From the NCBI RefSeq assembly GCF_006345805.1, contig NC_042997.1, positions 147,994,001 through 148,058,000 of the forward strand: a stretch of 64,000 nt of DNA, read 5' to 3'. Source of the DNA: Octopus sinensis. Lineage: Eukaryota. Below the pieces are notes generated by a model, which ran no database searches, was not told where the DNA came from, and saw only the letters and a program-made list of their open reading frames with translations. A program made the translations under genes and the position numbers. Shown here in pieces: positions 29,600 through 44,161 of the stretch; position 1 is the first letter of the stretch, and every line of letters starts with the position of its first letter.

Positions 29600-29985
29600 A
29601 GAGCAGAATAGACAACACTACCTACAGCGACAAATGCATAATGTGTGGTAGGAGGGCTATAGTAAATATTCTGCCCAATAACACAGATTTGCTTGTCAGT
29701 TGTTTGACCTTAACCAGTTGAGCATTCCCTTGGTGGCTGACGATATGTGCATTTCTGATCACGAACAGAATTAGCGGGGGAGCATGATAGCCTTGTATTG
29801 AAAGTAATTTTGGGGGTTTACCACCGGAAAATATGGGTGGTTCGTTCATCATCCTTATACAACTTTTATGCAGGGACCTTTTGAGTGGGATGGGCTACTC
29901 GACCAGAAGAAAATTCTAATTGGACCCCATCTGCAAAGTATTGCGCTGTTTATCTTCATATGAGAACACCATGTCGCGCACGTAC
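29600..29985 (+). mobile_element. Diverged partial copy of non-coding (TAA)n-associated element D
   Basis: CACAGATTTGCTTGTCAGTTGTTTGACCTTAACCAGTTGAGCAT...CCATGTCGCGCAC matches the reverse complement of 36152-36709. Confidence 0.8.
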
Positions 29986-31388
29986 AGAGAGAAGAAAATA
30001 AATTGAGAAGAGAAGAACATGTTAATATTGAAATCACTTGCAAGTTCATTGCAAATCAAGCTTTAAAATAATTATATTCGAAGTCACACAGACCAGGCAA
30101 CTGGTATGGGTTCCGGTTGAAGCTCATTACCAAAGTAAGATATATAGATGAACGTTTTCCTGCTTCGAAGTAATCATAAATTGGATGACTAAAAGCAAAA
30201 TTTAACTTGTCATCAAGAAAGACAAAGATCTTAAGACCTCAAACTACAGACATAATTTTCAATAAAGTTTCTTGACAGGAGCTTTTGCAAATAAGGAGCG
30301 AGATTTATTCTGTATTAAACAGAAAGGTTATCGAAATGACTGCCAAAAAAAGTAAACAACGAAATATAAATAAACAAGCGAAAGAAAAAAATAAGAATAT
30401 TAATCAACAATATATTCGTAACATAATGCTTTAGGAGAAGAGCTAATGTAACAAAACCGCGGATTGTTTATAAATTTCCGTATTCTTAGATTTTTACGAC
30501 ACAGAATATGTTCAAAATTACGTGACATCATTGATTTGTTAAGAGTAAGCACACAAAATTGGACAACAGATTTAACTCTACGTGGGCACCAACAAGAAAA
30601 AAGTCAAACTGCTTGGTGTTGACAGTTAGTGTTGTTAGTTTTTTCTCTTATCTTCAGGAGCCTAGAACTGATAAATTAAAATGTGGATACTAATTAAAAT
30701 AGCAAAAGAAAGTTAACCATTTATTATTCATAGACGATCCAAAGATTTTTGACACGACTTACAGTATATTGTATCATATTTTCGGTATGCTGACAATATA
30801 TTTTGAGAAAAATAGATGCGGTAATTTCAAGCGCGGAATCCTTTTGAGTAAGAAATGGACATGCTTAACGAGAAAGTACAAGAGGTTGACACTGATGAGG
30901 TTTAAAAATAGCTGTGAGTTATCGAACCTGATTGCATAAAGATTGGATAAAGTAGTAAGGGGAGAATATTTCCAAGAGTTGAGAAAGTTATTAATATGCG
31001 AGCACGATGACGTAAATACCATAACTTCCACAAAATGAGCAGTATCAAACCAAATATTGTCCGTGAATAATCAATTCAATACGGAATTTTTCTTAAGAAG
31101 TCAGTTTTGAAAGTAGTGAGTTTGAACCTAGTTTCCATGATCAAGTAACAAGATACATAAGTAAGTATATCGATAATGAAGATGTCTATGACTGATGTAT
31201 AATTTATGGTGAAAAAACCCCCACATACCTTATATGCTCTTGATGTGCGGTAAGCAGGGAAAATCCATTTCACGAATATTTGATTGCTCCCTAGAGCCAG
31301 ATTCCTTCCATTACATATAGGTTTAAAATGACAGTTGCGTATATAAAGCAGTCATGAATGAAGTTAGTATATAAATGGGGAGCTAATA

Positions 31389-31570
<182 letters not shown>

Positions 31571-32343
31571 TACATACTGTTATTGGTCAAAATTAGTTTT
31601 GATGTGTACAGAAATGTGAGCGTTAATTAACTAATAGATTAATTACATCTGTTTTCTTTGATATATTTTGATTTAAATGACATAAAGTCTGTGTTTATCC
31701 GGTCAGTCAATGTGTTACAACCCAGAACAAGCGAAATCATGAACTCATATTCTATAGAATGCTGTAAAATATAAATTTACGGTTTTCCATACAGTTATTA
31801 TATTACATATTATTATTATATGATTATGTAAACGTATGAAAATGTTTTACCCACTCTCTCACATAAAACCATAGACATACACACATATATACACATATAT
31901 ATTACATATATACGCATGTGAATAGGCAGGCTCACATAAATATATAGTCTAAACATAAAATGTCTATGCCTCCATATTTGTCGCTCACAAAGCATTTCAT
32001 TCACAAACTCTCTCTGCATCGCTTCTTTTCTATTTTGTATTTCATAAGAATAATTTTATTTTATTAATTTTTATTTTGACTTCATAAGTTTTCCTAGATA
32101 TGTTTAACACTTCATTCGCGAATGATATATGATAAACCTTGTGTGAAAATACGTTCGGAAACGGAAGAAATTATTTGTTACAGCATCTTACTTGCTCACG
32201 GTGAAAAAAAAACGGAGTAATCTTACATGAACTTCGAGTGTTTTGTGAAAATTTTCTCGTATAGAACTTTTCAATATTTCTATGATTTATCAATATGTAT
32301 AATAGCTTCCTGAATCACTACTGCTATATACATACATACATAC

Positions 32344-32830
<487 letters not shown>

Positions 32831-33099
32831 TATGTGTGTGTGTGAGTTTGTTCGTGTGTGTTGTACGCATGTAAATATTATTTTGTGTTACAGTAAAGTT
32901 CTATCGTTACATATGTACAGTAATTTAAATACTTGGAAAGAATTGAATCATTCCCATGTCTACTTTCAGAATAATACTATCCTAGGTTACGTAAGCTGTG
33001 GATCTTTGATACGGCTTCGCGTATAGACATTTGATTAGAACAAATTTGTTGCGGCAAGGTATCTATTGCAGTATTATTTTCACTAGAGAATCAACTCGA

Positions 33100-33275
33100 T
33101 ATTAGTTGTGGCTGAGCAGGGAATGATCTAGACTACAGAATATCCAGGACTCACTGTAAGCATCACCACCACCACCACCGCTAGGCGTTCTTAATTTTTT
33201 TCGCGCCAAATTCAGAACAACTTCAGCATGGCCGCGGCCTTCGGGCTAAAACATTTTTAAGGATTTAAGGATTTA
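33100..33275 (+). mobile_element. Probable LINE/SINE 3' tail with short AAGGATTT repeats
   Basis: CAGCATGGCCGCGGCC...AAAAC motif resembles the S2 SINE tail; terminal AAGGATTT x2. Confidence 0.4.
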
Positions 33276-33542
33276 TAAAGAGTAAATATCCAAAAGCAAA
33301 TAACTATATAGACATTATTATTGCTATTATTATCTGTGATAAATATAGATGATTGATAATAACAACAACAATAATATAGGTGACTGCAGGCATTAAATAA
33401 CCATAGATATCTATACAGTTAACGATTCTATTTATCATAAGGGCACACGAATTTTTCAGTGTCATTGGTGGTTAAGTTGAGTATTTTAGCTCTACTTTCT
33501 AGTAGGTAAGCGCCTCATGTGCCCTTATGATAAATACACACA

Positions 33543-33606
<64 letters not shown>

Positions 33607-33659
33607 ATTTGTATTTTTTATTTTTCTTTATCGTCAATGATCCGTAGACAAAATTATAT

Positions 33660-33960
33660 CATTCTCACGTCAAGTTTTGCTGTGTCCAAAATATGACCTG
33701 GCTGCAAATTCTCTCTGAACCGTTTCTACTTCAGATATTTCCTTCTTGTAGATGGTTTTTGCTCCCTACGACTGGTGAGCACCAACTAATCTTGCCTGTA
33801 TTGGATGGCAGTAAACACGTCTGAATTCTCAGACTTTTGATATACAATACTTTTCATCCCGCAGGGTTTCCAAAAATCACCATTCTCACCATGCATGTTT
33901 CCTGGGGTTTCCGGTTTAGTTTCCGAATATTTACCCATGTAAAAGGTTGTGCTGAAATAC
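33660..33960 (-). mobile_element. Degraded CR1-like LINE RT fragment
   Basis: Minus strand WCSPV...YKKEISEVETVQREFAAR resembles the CR1 'YCSPVWSP...LE.VQR.FT' block. Confidence 0.6.
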
Positions 33961-35724
33961 ATGTTACCGGTAGCACTAGAAGGACCTGACATATACATGT
34001 ATGTAAGCAAACATATGATCTAGCATTTTAACGCGGGCCAGTAGCAGAAAAGAACGGCAGATAGTACTTATACCTATACGCATTGGTACGTTACAATTCG
34101 AGGAGCTGCTTCACCAAGATTAACTGTTTTATTAAGGACTTCTTTATCGATTTAGATACAATTTTCTCTAATTCATCTTTTGGAATGTACCGTTTTTATT
34201 TTGTTTACTAGTAATAGCAGGAGGAACGCATGCATTTGTTGTCTATCGAACAAGATATCTACTAGAATTACGAGAACTTCATATTTACGGCTCTTTTCTC
34301 TGTTGCATTTCCAATCGTTCATGGTTGTAGAAACTGGTGCATCGATGGAATACATTCCACGTATTATATAGTTACCTAATCTCACCGGATTCAACTATGA
34401 ACTATCATCTTTCCGATGTAATGAAATATTATACAAGTATTCACCTCGATGTAATCAATTATAAAACTACCCTTATCAAATTTAAGGCAAGGCATTGGAG
34501 CAAATATTGACAATTTTCTCTTCCTCGTTTTTCTCTTCCTTTCCTTCTTTTACTATTGCTTTTAACGATACTAGTACAGTAATATTTTTATCCCTATTGT
34601 TATTGCTATTAATACTGTAGTTATTATTAAAGTGACAGGCAGGCAGAAACGTTAGGTTGTCGGACAAAATTCTTGCGCCATATATCCTATCCTTTATGTT
34701 TTTTAGATCAAATCTCGCAAAGGTCAGTTTTACTTTTCACCTCTCCAGGAACGATGTAATCAACTATCTCCCAGATGCATAAAAATTGCTGACTTTATGG
34801 CAATCGTTTATATATTTATATATTTATATATTTTGAAAAGTTTTCAGCAAGTGCAAAAGATTCTTCTGACCCTCACGTTTGGCTAAATTTGACATTATTT
34901 TTCCTATGATTTTCAAAAATAAATTATATTTTTATGTACTTCATGTCTTGTTGGCAAAAACTCGTCAGATTTTATTGCATTTAATTCTCGCTTTATATCG
35001 AAAATAAATGATTTATGTATTTTCAATGTTACTTCATTGGCTGTTAACGGCGCCAAAATGTTTGGATTAATATATGTACAAGCATGACTATTATACAAGA
35101 AAGTACATTTTACTTCTTCAAATGAATTTATTTTGATATCATATTAATATCTTGATTATTATCGTGGTGGGAATTGACTCGATTCATGATGATGCCCAGT
35201 GAACCGACTAACACCAACCAAAAAATTTAGAAAAAAATTAATGAACGAAAGATGGTTCGTGTTCATACTATTTGCTCTTCCTTTGAATCAACACATATCC
35301 CCACAGAGTCATGCCTGAATTTATACTCTTTTTGTGCTAGTTTTGTCTCTTTCCCAAAGATTTTGTCTTTGCTCTCTATGGTTTATTGGTCTTTGACTTA
35401 TCACATTCACTCTAATGGCTTGTTCCAGAATGGTTATAAGTAACTATACAGTTTCTCGGTTCAGGTTTTCGTCCGGCAGGCATAACCAGCATTCTACACA
35501 TCCAACATTCTAGGGTTGTTGCATGAATCGATCATGTTTTTCTAGTTATTTCATTTTTTCGTGTTTCTTTATGTTCTTGAATTATCCTACAATTTCAATA
35601 CATTTTTGGAAATATTTAGCCGCCGATATGTTCCTTACTAACTACGTACCACATGGGTTTTTCGACCCAATAACCTGGTACTGATGGTATTTTTGTATTC
35701 ATCAATATTCTACTCCTTCCCTTC

Positions 35725-36065
35725 TTCAGAAAGCTCAAAAGACAACAAGTTAGAAGTTCATTTTGGTATTATGCCTAGGGTGTCATATATTTGGTTTTGT
35801 ACATAGTGTTGTTCTAGGGAATGTTTAAGAAAACCATGAGCAAGTTATGATGGTTTTAAAATTTGAGATTAGACAGACGGTATTTTACGTAGGATACCGG
35901 CAGTTCCCATGTGCACTATCTTTTGAATTTCGGCTATTTTGGGTTTTCCTGGTATCTGAGCTAGGTAGCAATCAGCTCCTTTTGCCATCATTCATAGGGC
36001 GCCTAGATTCCACATTTTGCTCATTTCTATTTCAAGATCTATATAATTCCTCAGTTTTTGGTAGG
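35725..36065 (-). mobile_element. Diverged family A R4/Dong 3' fragment
   Basis: Reverse complement aligns to 28337-28720 (CTACCAAAAACTGAG...CAGATACCAGG...CTAGGCATAA) with a short deletion. Confidence 0.85.
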
Positions 36066-36105
36066 TTAAGATCAGAATCCATGAGAGCCACTGCCTGGTA
36101 CTGCA

Positions 36106-36151
<46 letters not shown>

Positions 36152-36709
36152 GAATGAGAGAGCAGTGCATGCCATCAAAGTGACACTGGGGTAAAATATA
36201 CGAAGCCCTATATACCCATCATGACTACCCGTCTGATAAGGGTACACCAGGCACATGCATCACAACCATATGTGCGCGACATGGTGATCTCATATCAAGA
36301 TAAACAGCACATGACCTTGCAGGTGGGGCCCAGTTAGAATTATCTTCAGGTTGAGTAGCCCATCCCGCTCAAAAGGTCCCTGAATAAGGGTTGTTTAAGG
36401 ATGTTGAAAGAACTACCCATGTTTCCAGAGGTGAACTATTCAAACCCCAAAGAATCCCTCTCAACACATGGCTATGATGCTCCCCCACTACTTCTGCTCG
36501 TGATCAGAGATGCACATATCGTCAGCCACTAAGAGACATGCTCAACTGGTTAAGGTCAAACAACTGACAAGCAAATCTGTGGTATTGAGCAGAATATTTG
36601 CTGTAGCCCATCTTTTATACCAAGACAAAACAATGTACATGTTAACACTTCCAATCAGTTAAGATCAGAAGCCATGAGAGCCACTGCCTGGTACTGCATC
36701 AGGGCATTT
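36152..36709 (-). mobile_element. Non-coding ~558-bp element D flanked by (TAA)n on both sides
   Basis: Near-identical copy with the same ends at 60148-60683; no long ORF; orientation assigned by the TAA strand. Confidence 0.85.
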
Positions 36710-36732
36710 ATCATTATTACATTATTATTACA

Positions 36733-36862
<130 letters not shown>

Positions 36863-36868
36863 TTATTA

Positions 36869-36923
<55 letters not shown>

Positions 36924-36961
36924 TATTATTACTATTATTATTATTATTATTATCATCATCA

Positions 36962-37019
<58 letters not shown>

Positions 37020-37039
37020 CATCATCATTATTTTTATTT

Positions 37040-38845
37040 TTGGATGAACACGGGATCTGACCCTCTCACCTCTCTGACTTGGTAGCACTGTATGTTGAAA
37101 TCCCAGAGTAGTTCTGTATTGTTCGTTTTCCAGTACTCCCTCTGGCTTGTGTTCATACCATTGTTCAGCTCTCTCGAGTTTTGCTTTACCACACAACAAC
37201 CAGTGAACATATTTGGCCACATAAAATGTCTCCTTTTGTTTTCACTTCTGTGAACTTACATCACTCACTATCAATATAGCTTATACTTTCTCCTTTCTCA
37301 GAGCTCATCCTACACTGTTGCGAGCCAATGCTTTTATCAATGTGATATTTGGTGTAGTATGTTCAGAGAGCTTGTTCCTGAGCGCTGCAAACTAATGCCT
37401 TAGTAGGTCATTTTAAGTCTCCTTTCTGCAGCCATTGCCAGTTTCTATTCCAATCAATCCCATCTTTATTCTTCAAAAACTGTACAGTTTCTTGTCCTGC
37501 CAAATGTTTTTCATCTGCTCTCTCTGGTCTTCCTTAAATCGTGTCGGATCTACGGATTCGTTCACTTTTAAAGTTCCCTGCATTTTCACTGCTTCAGTCA
37601 TTTTTTCTTTACTCCCTTTGACGGTGGGCTATTCTCCTCTTCCCTTACGCAACCTTCATAACACCTCAATCTCCGTCCTCCTTCTTTCCTCTTTAAATAC
37701 AATCTTGACACATCACTCTTGGGCTGTAGTTCCTCGTTCATTGGCATTGATTTACGTGTTCTCCTGTCTGTCTCTTGTAATTCATACTTCTTCCAAGATA
37801 CTATCCCATATCTCATCAATGTGTTAATTGCTCTAATCTTATAGTGGCCATTCAGCTTCGAATGGAACACAAGCCGAGTCCTCCTCAAATGCACTTTCCT
37901 GTACATTTTTTTATCTTGTATTCATTCATCTTATTTGTTTCGATGACACCCATGTTCTTATATCCTTCCTCACTGACTTCGTTTATAGTTTCGTCACTTA
38001 CCAGCTTGATCCTATGGCTTTTACTGATTTCCCCCTCATTTGAGAATCACTACACCACATTTTTCGATCCCAAATTCCAAACCAATATCTATGCTAATCA
38101 TCTGCACAGTTGCCGTCAAACACAGTTGCCAAAAAATGTTTTCTCGGTCTTCGCAAATAGTTTTAGGTCATCCATAAAGCACGGGTTGTTTACTTTAACC
38201 CTGCCTAGCATGCACCCCACACGCATCTCTCTTAAAACGCTGGTTAGTGGCAGTATGCAGACAACAAATAGGAGAGGCGACAGACTGTCCCCTTTAAAGA
38301 TTCCTCTTTTGATATTTACCTCTCCCAACTTATCTCTCCATGCTGTGAGTTCAGTTCGCCGCGTTGCCATTGAGTTTTGTATTAACTTTACGATATTGTG
38401 GGAGTCCTTAAGCAGTTTAAGGCATTCAATAATCAAGGGTGTGGGACCATGTCATATGCTTTCCTGCAGTCCACCCATGGCATCGCCAATTTGTTTTGTC
38501 TCTTCTTGCAGTCAGCCAGGATAGTCTTATCGATTAATAATTGACCCTTTGTTCTTCTGCTCTTACGTCCACAGCCCTTTTGTTCCACTGGTAGTAAGTC
38601 GTTCTCATCTAGGTACTTATAGATGGTGTCTCCTAGAAGGGGTGTTCACGCGTTATGATTGCTTCTACCTCTTACGTATATACTATTTTGGTGGCTGTTG
38701 CCTCGTAAGAGTTCATTAGCCTTTTTATACAGGTCTTGTTTTGCTTCCTGTAGGGTGTCAAAATAGCAAGATTCATACGCTCTCCTCACAGAGCAAGCTC
38801 TGCAGGGCTACCGGTTTAGCGCCGTTGTCCAGACTACTAAAAATA
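37040..38845 (-). mobile_element. Degraded R4/Dong element (family C-like) with deletions
   Basis: GIFKGDSLSPLLF, FMDDLKLFAK, SKLNGHYKIRAINT, RLYLKRKEGGR and HWLLC...WYEHKPEGVLEN. Confidence 0.85.
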
Positions 38846-38862
38846 TTATTATTATTATTATT

Positions 38863-41506
38863 CAGTAGTTTTATTTTTATAGCGTGCTTTCACTTCACTA
38901 CCGAGCGCAGCTCTGTGTGCCTTGGGTATGTGCTGTGATTTGTTGTGATGCTCTGATGGTTATTGTATGGAAAGTGTTTTGCGTAGGATGTGTGCAGTGC
39001 CTAGTAGTGCAATTTTCTGTATGTTATATGTGTTTGTAAGTACTGGTGTTTTTGTTATGTATTTGTCTGAATATTTTTTTATCATGCCTAATGCACCTAC
39101 TATGATAGGAATTGTTTCTGTTTTCAGATTCCACATTCTAGTTACCTCTATTTCCAGGTCTTTGTATTTTGAGAGTTTCTCCATTTCTTTTAGAGACACG
39201 TTGTCATCTGCCGGTATTGATACATCAATTAGAAAGCATTTTTTCTTCATGATCTCTGACAACTATATCTGGTCTGTTGGCCTTAATTTCTCTATCTGTG
39301 TGTATCGGCATATCCCAGAGTATGGTTGCTTTCTCGTTTTCTGTGACCTTTTCTGGTGTGTGCCTATACCATTTTTTTTCTGTTGTTATTCCATAATGTT
39401 GGCATAGCTTCCAATGTATGTAGGTTCCAACTCTGTCATGTCTGTGAATATATTCCTTCTTAGCCAGGACTGGGCAGCTAGAGATAATATGATTTATTGT
39501 TTCTTGTCCATCTCCACATATTCTGCAGTTACTTGTAATATTTCTTTTCATTACATGTTTTTGGTAATTTCTGGTGGGGAGGCTTTAGTCTTGTGCTGCA
39601 ATTAAAAATCCCTCTGTTTCTGCTTTGAGTCCTGAGCTTCTCAACCATTGCTGGGATTTTTCTTTGTCTATTTCTTTTGCGTTTAGTTTAGTGCAGTATT
39701 TACCATGAAGGGGCTTTTCTTGCCATCGTTTTATCATGGCTCGTTGCTGTTCTATTTTTGTTTGGATTTCATTTGTTTTATAGCTTTTGTTGTTTCTTCA
39801 TCATCTTCTTCTTCTTCTTCGTGTTTATTAGGTGGTATGATTTCTTGTTTGTAATTGTCAGCTTCCTTAAATACTGAGAACAGTTATTTGTTTTGCTCGT
39901 GTTTTGCTGCTATCTGGATCAGTTCTCCTTCCTTCTGGAGTAGGTATTTTTGCAGTCCTATGGTGGTTATTTTATAGTAGTTTTCCAGCTGTATAAGGCC
40001 TCTACCACCTTCGATACGTTGTATATATAGTCTTTCTATGTCAGATTTTGGGTGGTGCATCCTAGATCCTGTCAGTATTTTTCTTGTTTTCCTATCTATT
40101 TTGGACAGTTCATTTCGTGTCCAGTTAAGGATATTGTAGCTGTAACTTATAACTGGGACAGCTAAAGTGTTGATACCTATTATCTTGTTTTTAGCATTGA
40201 GCTCTGTTTTTAGTATTGATCTAACTCGTCTATAATATTCTTTTTTTTATTTTTCTCTTTCATTTGTGTGTGTTGTGTCTTGTCTAGTTCATGGATTCCT
40301 AAGTATTTGTAAGTTTGGCTTTGGTCTAATTCTTTTATTTCATTTGCTTCATCTAGTGTGATGTTGTTACTCTTAACTAGTTTTCCTCTTTTCATGGTTA
40401 CCTTGGCGCATTTTTCTAATCCAAATTTCATATCTATTTCTTTGGTAAATCCATGAACTGTCTTTAATAGTGTTTCCAGCTGTTTGTCATTTGCAGCGTA
40501 TAGTTTTAGGTCATCCATATATAATAGGTGGCTGATCGTTTTGCCGTAACATTTATATCTGCATCCAGTTCTATTTCGCATATCAGATAGAGGTGACAGT
40601 GCCAAGCAGAAAAGGAGTGGAGAGAGCGTGTCTCCCTGGAATATTCCTCTTCTAATGGGGATGTCTTTGGTTTTCATGAGTCCCTCTTTTGTTTGGAGGT
40701 GTAGGACTGTTTGCCATTTATTCATATAGTGCTCTATGAATTTTATGATTGTTGGTGCTACTTTGTTAATGGCTAGTGTTTCGAGGATACATGTGTGGGG
40801 GATGCTATCAAACGCTTTTTTGTAGTCAATCCAGGCCATACTGAGGCCTTTCTTCTTTCTGTGGCTGTCTTCAGTTACGGCTTTATTAATCATTAGTTGG
40901 TCTTTACAGCCATATGAGCCTTTGCGGCATCCTTTCTGCTCTTCTGGGAACAGCTTGTTTTCGTCCAGGTGCTTGTTCAGCCTTTGCGATATCACTGCAG
41001 TAAATGCCTTGAACATAGTAGGGAGGCAGGTTATTGGTCTGTAGTTTTCTGGTTTTGCTGTTTCATTTGATTTGGGAATTAAGATGGTTTTCCCCTTCGT
41101 GAGCCATTCAGGCATTGTCTCTGGCTCTGCTAGTATGCTGTTAAAGTTTTCAGCCAGCTTTTTGTGCATTCCTGTTAGATATTTCAACCAGAAGTTGGGG
41201 ATCTTGTCATGCCCAGGTGCCTTCCAGTTGCTTAGTTTTTGCAGTGCCTGGGTGACCTCTTCAGTTGTTATGGGGGTCCAAAGTTATTCAGATGCCGAGT
41301 TTGTTATTTTGATACTCCTTTTTTTTGGCTGTTCGTTCGCCGACCATATTTCTCTCCAGAATTCTTCCAATTCTTCTGCCGTTGGTGCTGCAGTGACTCC
41401 TATTTTATTTTTTCCCAGTTCTTGGTAGAACTTTTTGGAGTTGGAGTTGAACTTTTTGTTCTGTTCAAAGAAGCGTTGGCGTTTCTCGTACCGGCGGATC
41501 CTTATT

Positions 41507-41508
<2 letters not shown>
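38863..41508 (-). mobile_element. 5'-truncated R4/Dong element (family B), ~2.65 kb, flanked by (TAA)n
   Basis: RT core ORF 40210-41187 (GIFQGDTLSPLLF, YMDDLKLY); CRIC...H...C and RHD at 39225-39551; REL at 38960-39262; several frameshifts in homopolymer runs. Confidence 0.95.
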
Positions 41509-41579
<71 letters not shown>

Positions 41580-43336
41580 CATCATCATTATTATAAATGA
41601 AGTGAATATAGGAAAGCTACATATTACATGGAATTAATTGTTATATGCAATGATGTACAGGATCGCTACAGTATAAATTTAGTGTCTATTAAAGTATAGC
41701 ATTAACTTTGCATGTGATTATAAAATAGATGCAGGGGTCTAACATATGAACACGGAATTTGGCTGCAAATAAAATAGTCAAGTAGCCTAACGATACTTAA
41801 AGTTATAGAGTACATCGGCAATATAGATTATTAATGACTATAAAGCGAAGCGTAAAAAAGTATACCGCCTTTAAAACTTGCAGCATTACTGTCTCCACAT
41901 ACATTTTACAAATTTCTAGTGGAGACAGTCTATAGTTTTCTCAACATTTTGTTGTTAGTCTTTGGTATGTTTTGTTATTTAATCGTCTCTCTTAGTAAGT
42001 GAAGATTACTTAAGTAATAGTGTATTTTATATATGAAATTATATATTGAAAATTACAATTCATATATTACCCAGTTTTTGCACATATCAATATGCAGAGG
42101 AAATTATATATATATATATATTGTTCATAGACTAAGCGTATTTCTGCATTCGTAAACTTTTCAGTTTCTAAATACAGTTAATATCGTTTTATACTACTTC
42201 ATCTAAAATCGAACGCTTCATTCATAAATATTGTTCTACTGCATATTTATAAATACGTTTTCGTGTATTGTATTCCAGTTGCGTATTATTGCCTGAAACA
42301 TTTCAAAAACGTCGACTACTCTCCACAAGTGAAAATCTAATTTGTTAGAACTACAATTTCCATAAAGTTTTCTAGAATCGGAGAGTTGACATTTGAAAAA
42401 TACAAAAAGAGAAAAAATGAGCGTACAGGAAAATAAATATATTACGACCAAATTAATGAGAAAACACATTCAGCAGCGCTGAACATTGGTGGTTAGAAAC
42501 AAATTAATATGGATGATAAATTTGTTTGCATACTTTCGTTCTTTAATATATATTCCGTAAAATTTCTTACAGTTTAATCATTCCTAATCCATGAATCTAT
42601 GGCATATGTGTGTATGTGAGTGTGCATATTATGTGTATATACACATAATATTATATTCACTGACATCGTCTATCAGAAAAATCTATCATGAATTTTATAT
42701 AGGTAGCGTACAGCTTATAACGGCTCTGTTATTTAAAGTATAGGCTTCACAACTGTTCGCTTCCTTCAATTGTTAAACACTTCTATCCACAATGAAATTT
42801 CAATGTGAAAACTCTATTTAAAACAATCACAAACTAGGGCAATACTGATTTAGCTAAAGAAATTTTTATATGTATCAGATTCAAACTGTTATTGCTTTCC
42901 TGTCCTCGGTACAAGTAATTGCAGGTTTTCACTAACTGACGGCCCAAATGCATAGAAACAAATCTCAGTAACAGGATGTACAATTTGATTTTCTTCTAAT
43001 GAAGGAAATAACCAGCTGTGTGTATATATTTGTAAAATTTCCGAGGCAGACATGGTATATTATATAGAATATAAATATATAAAATCGATCTTGAACTTTC
43101 TAAATATTTTTATTAAAACTTTAGCAAAAATTTAATGAAAAATTTAATGACACCGTCGTTTAATGCGCAATATGCAAATTATGTCTAACTATTGCAGTTA
43201 GGTCCATAATAATAATTACAATCGTCTTATCGTCTGCTATTAACTGGCTACGAAACGTTTAAGGATGATATTTTTATATCTACTTGCAAAACATTACGCA
43301 TCCTGTGCTTTATTAACAGTAGTTTAACTATATATA

Positions 43337-43880
43337 CAAGGGATGTATGAAAAGTTTTGAGCGTTAACCTAGAAACGGGACTGCTTGATGGCCGAGACAT
43401 TTTTTTCTGGTAAGGACAGCCTTTTCGGAGTATTATTGCTTATTTTCATGATTCTGATGTTTTTATTCGTTTTGTTGCAGATTTTTGAATAAACAAGTGT
43501 CGAGGTTACAAGTACCTTCACTTGAAAGCATAACTCCATCAGAAATCCATGAATATACGGTGAGAAACTTAACAGACAATGCTCCTTCATATGCAACAGT
43601 CAAACTCTGGGTAAATGAGTTCAAGCGTGGCAGGGAGAGTGTGGAACATGATCCCAGACCAGGGAGACCTCTAACTGCAAGCACCAAGGACAACCTTGAC
43701 CTTGATCTTGGTACGATAATGCAAGATCACCGAATGTTATGTCGTCAGATTGGCGAGAGTCTGGGCATCTCAAATGAAAGAGCAGACAACATTGTGACAA
43801 AGGAACTTGGCTTCTCAAAGGTTTCCGCAAGGTGGGTCTCTCGCCTTTTGACTCCTGAACAGAAACGCACCAGGTGTACG
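43337..43880 (+). mobile_element. Mariner 5' half (left TIR-like end plus HTH region of transposase), truncated at (TG)n
   Basis: TA|CAAGGGATGTATGAAAAGTTTTGAGC start; PSYATVKLWVNEFKRGRESVEHDPRPGRP...SARWVSRLLTPEQK. Confidence 0.88.
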
Positions 43881-44161
43881 AGCGTGTGCATATGTGCGTG
43901 TATGTGTGTGTGTGTGCCCTGCATGCATATGTATATGTGTATGTGTGAGTGTGTGTGTTTTTGCACACGTGTCTATTTGCATGCTACAATATCATATACA
44001 ATTTAAGTATAAGCATATATGAAAAAGTCCATGCTGAAATGTTGAATACCTTCATTAATTTCAATTTAGTTTAAGAATAATATTGGAACTTTGAACGAAG
44101 AACTGGTTAATTTCTTGTAAAATTAGAAGCGTCTGGAGCTTCACGTTAGGGTTATTGATAT

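Noticed and set aside
30084-30134. SHRPGNWYGFRLKLITK, resembling an FN3 strand
   Set aside because: Weak acceptor, very short match, and no supporting neighbouring exons
30890-30935. CTGATGA core
   Set aside because: No GAAA after a plausible stem II
33750-33775. 23-nt micro-exon with good splice sites
   Set aside because: Lies antisense within a CR1-like LINE remnant
34157-34330. Transmembrane-like open frame FWNVPFLFCLLVIAGG...
   Set aside because: Explained by T-rich composition, and no convincing splice donor
36152-36709. Element D as a tRNA-SINE, solo LTR or MITE
   Set aside because: No A/B boxes, no TG...CA ends and no TIRs seen
37435-41637. Plus-strand ORFs such as 37844-38524 and 38967-39407
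   Set aside because: Antisense shadows of minus-strand R4/Dong elements
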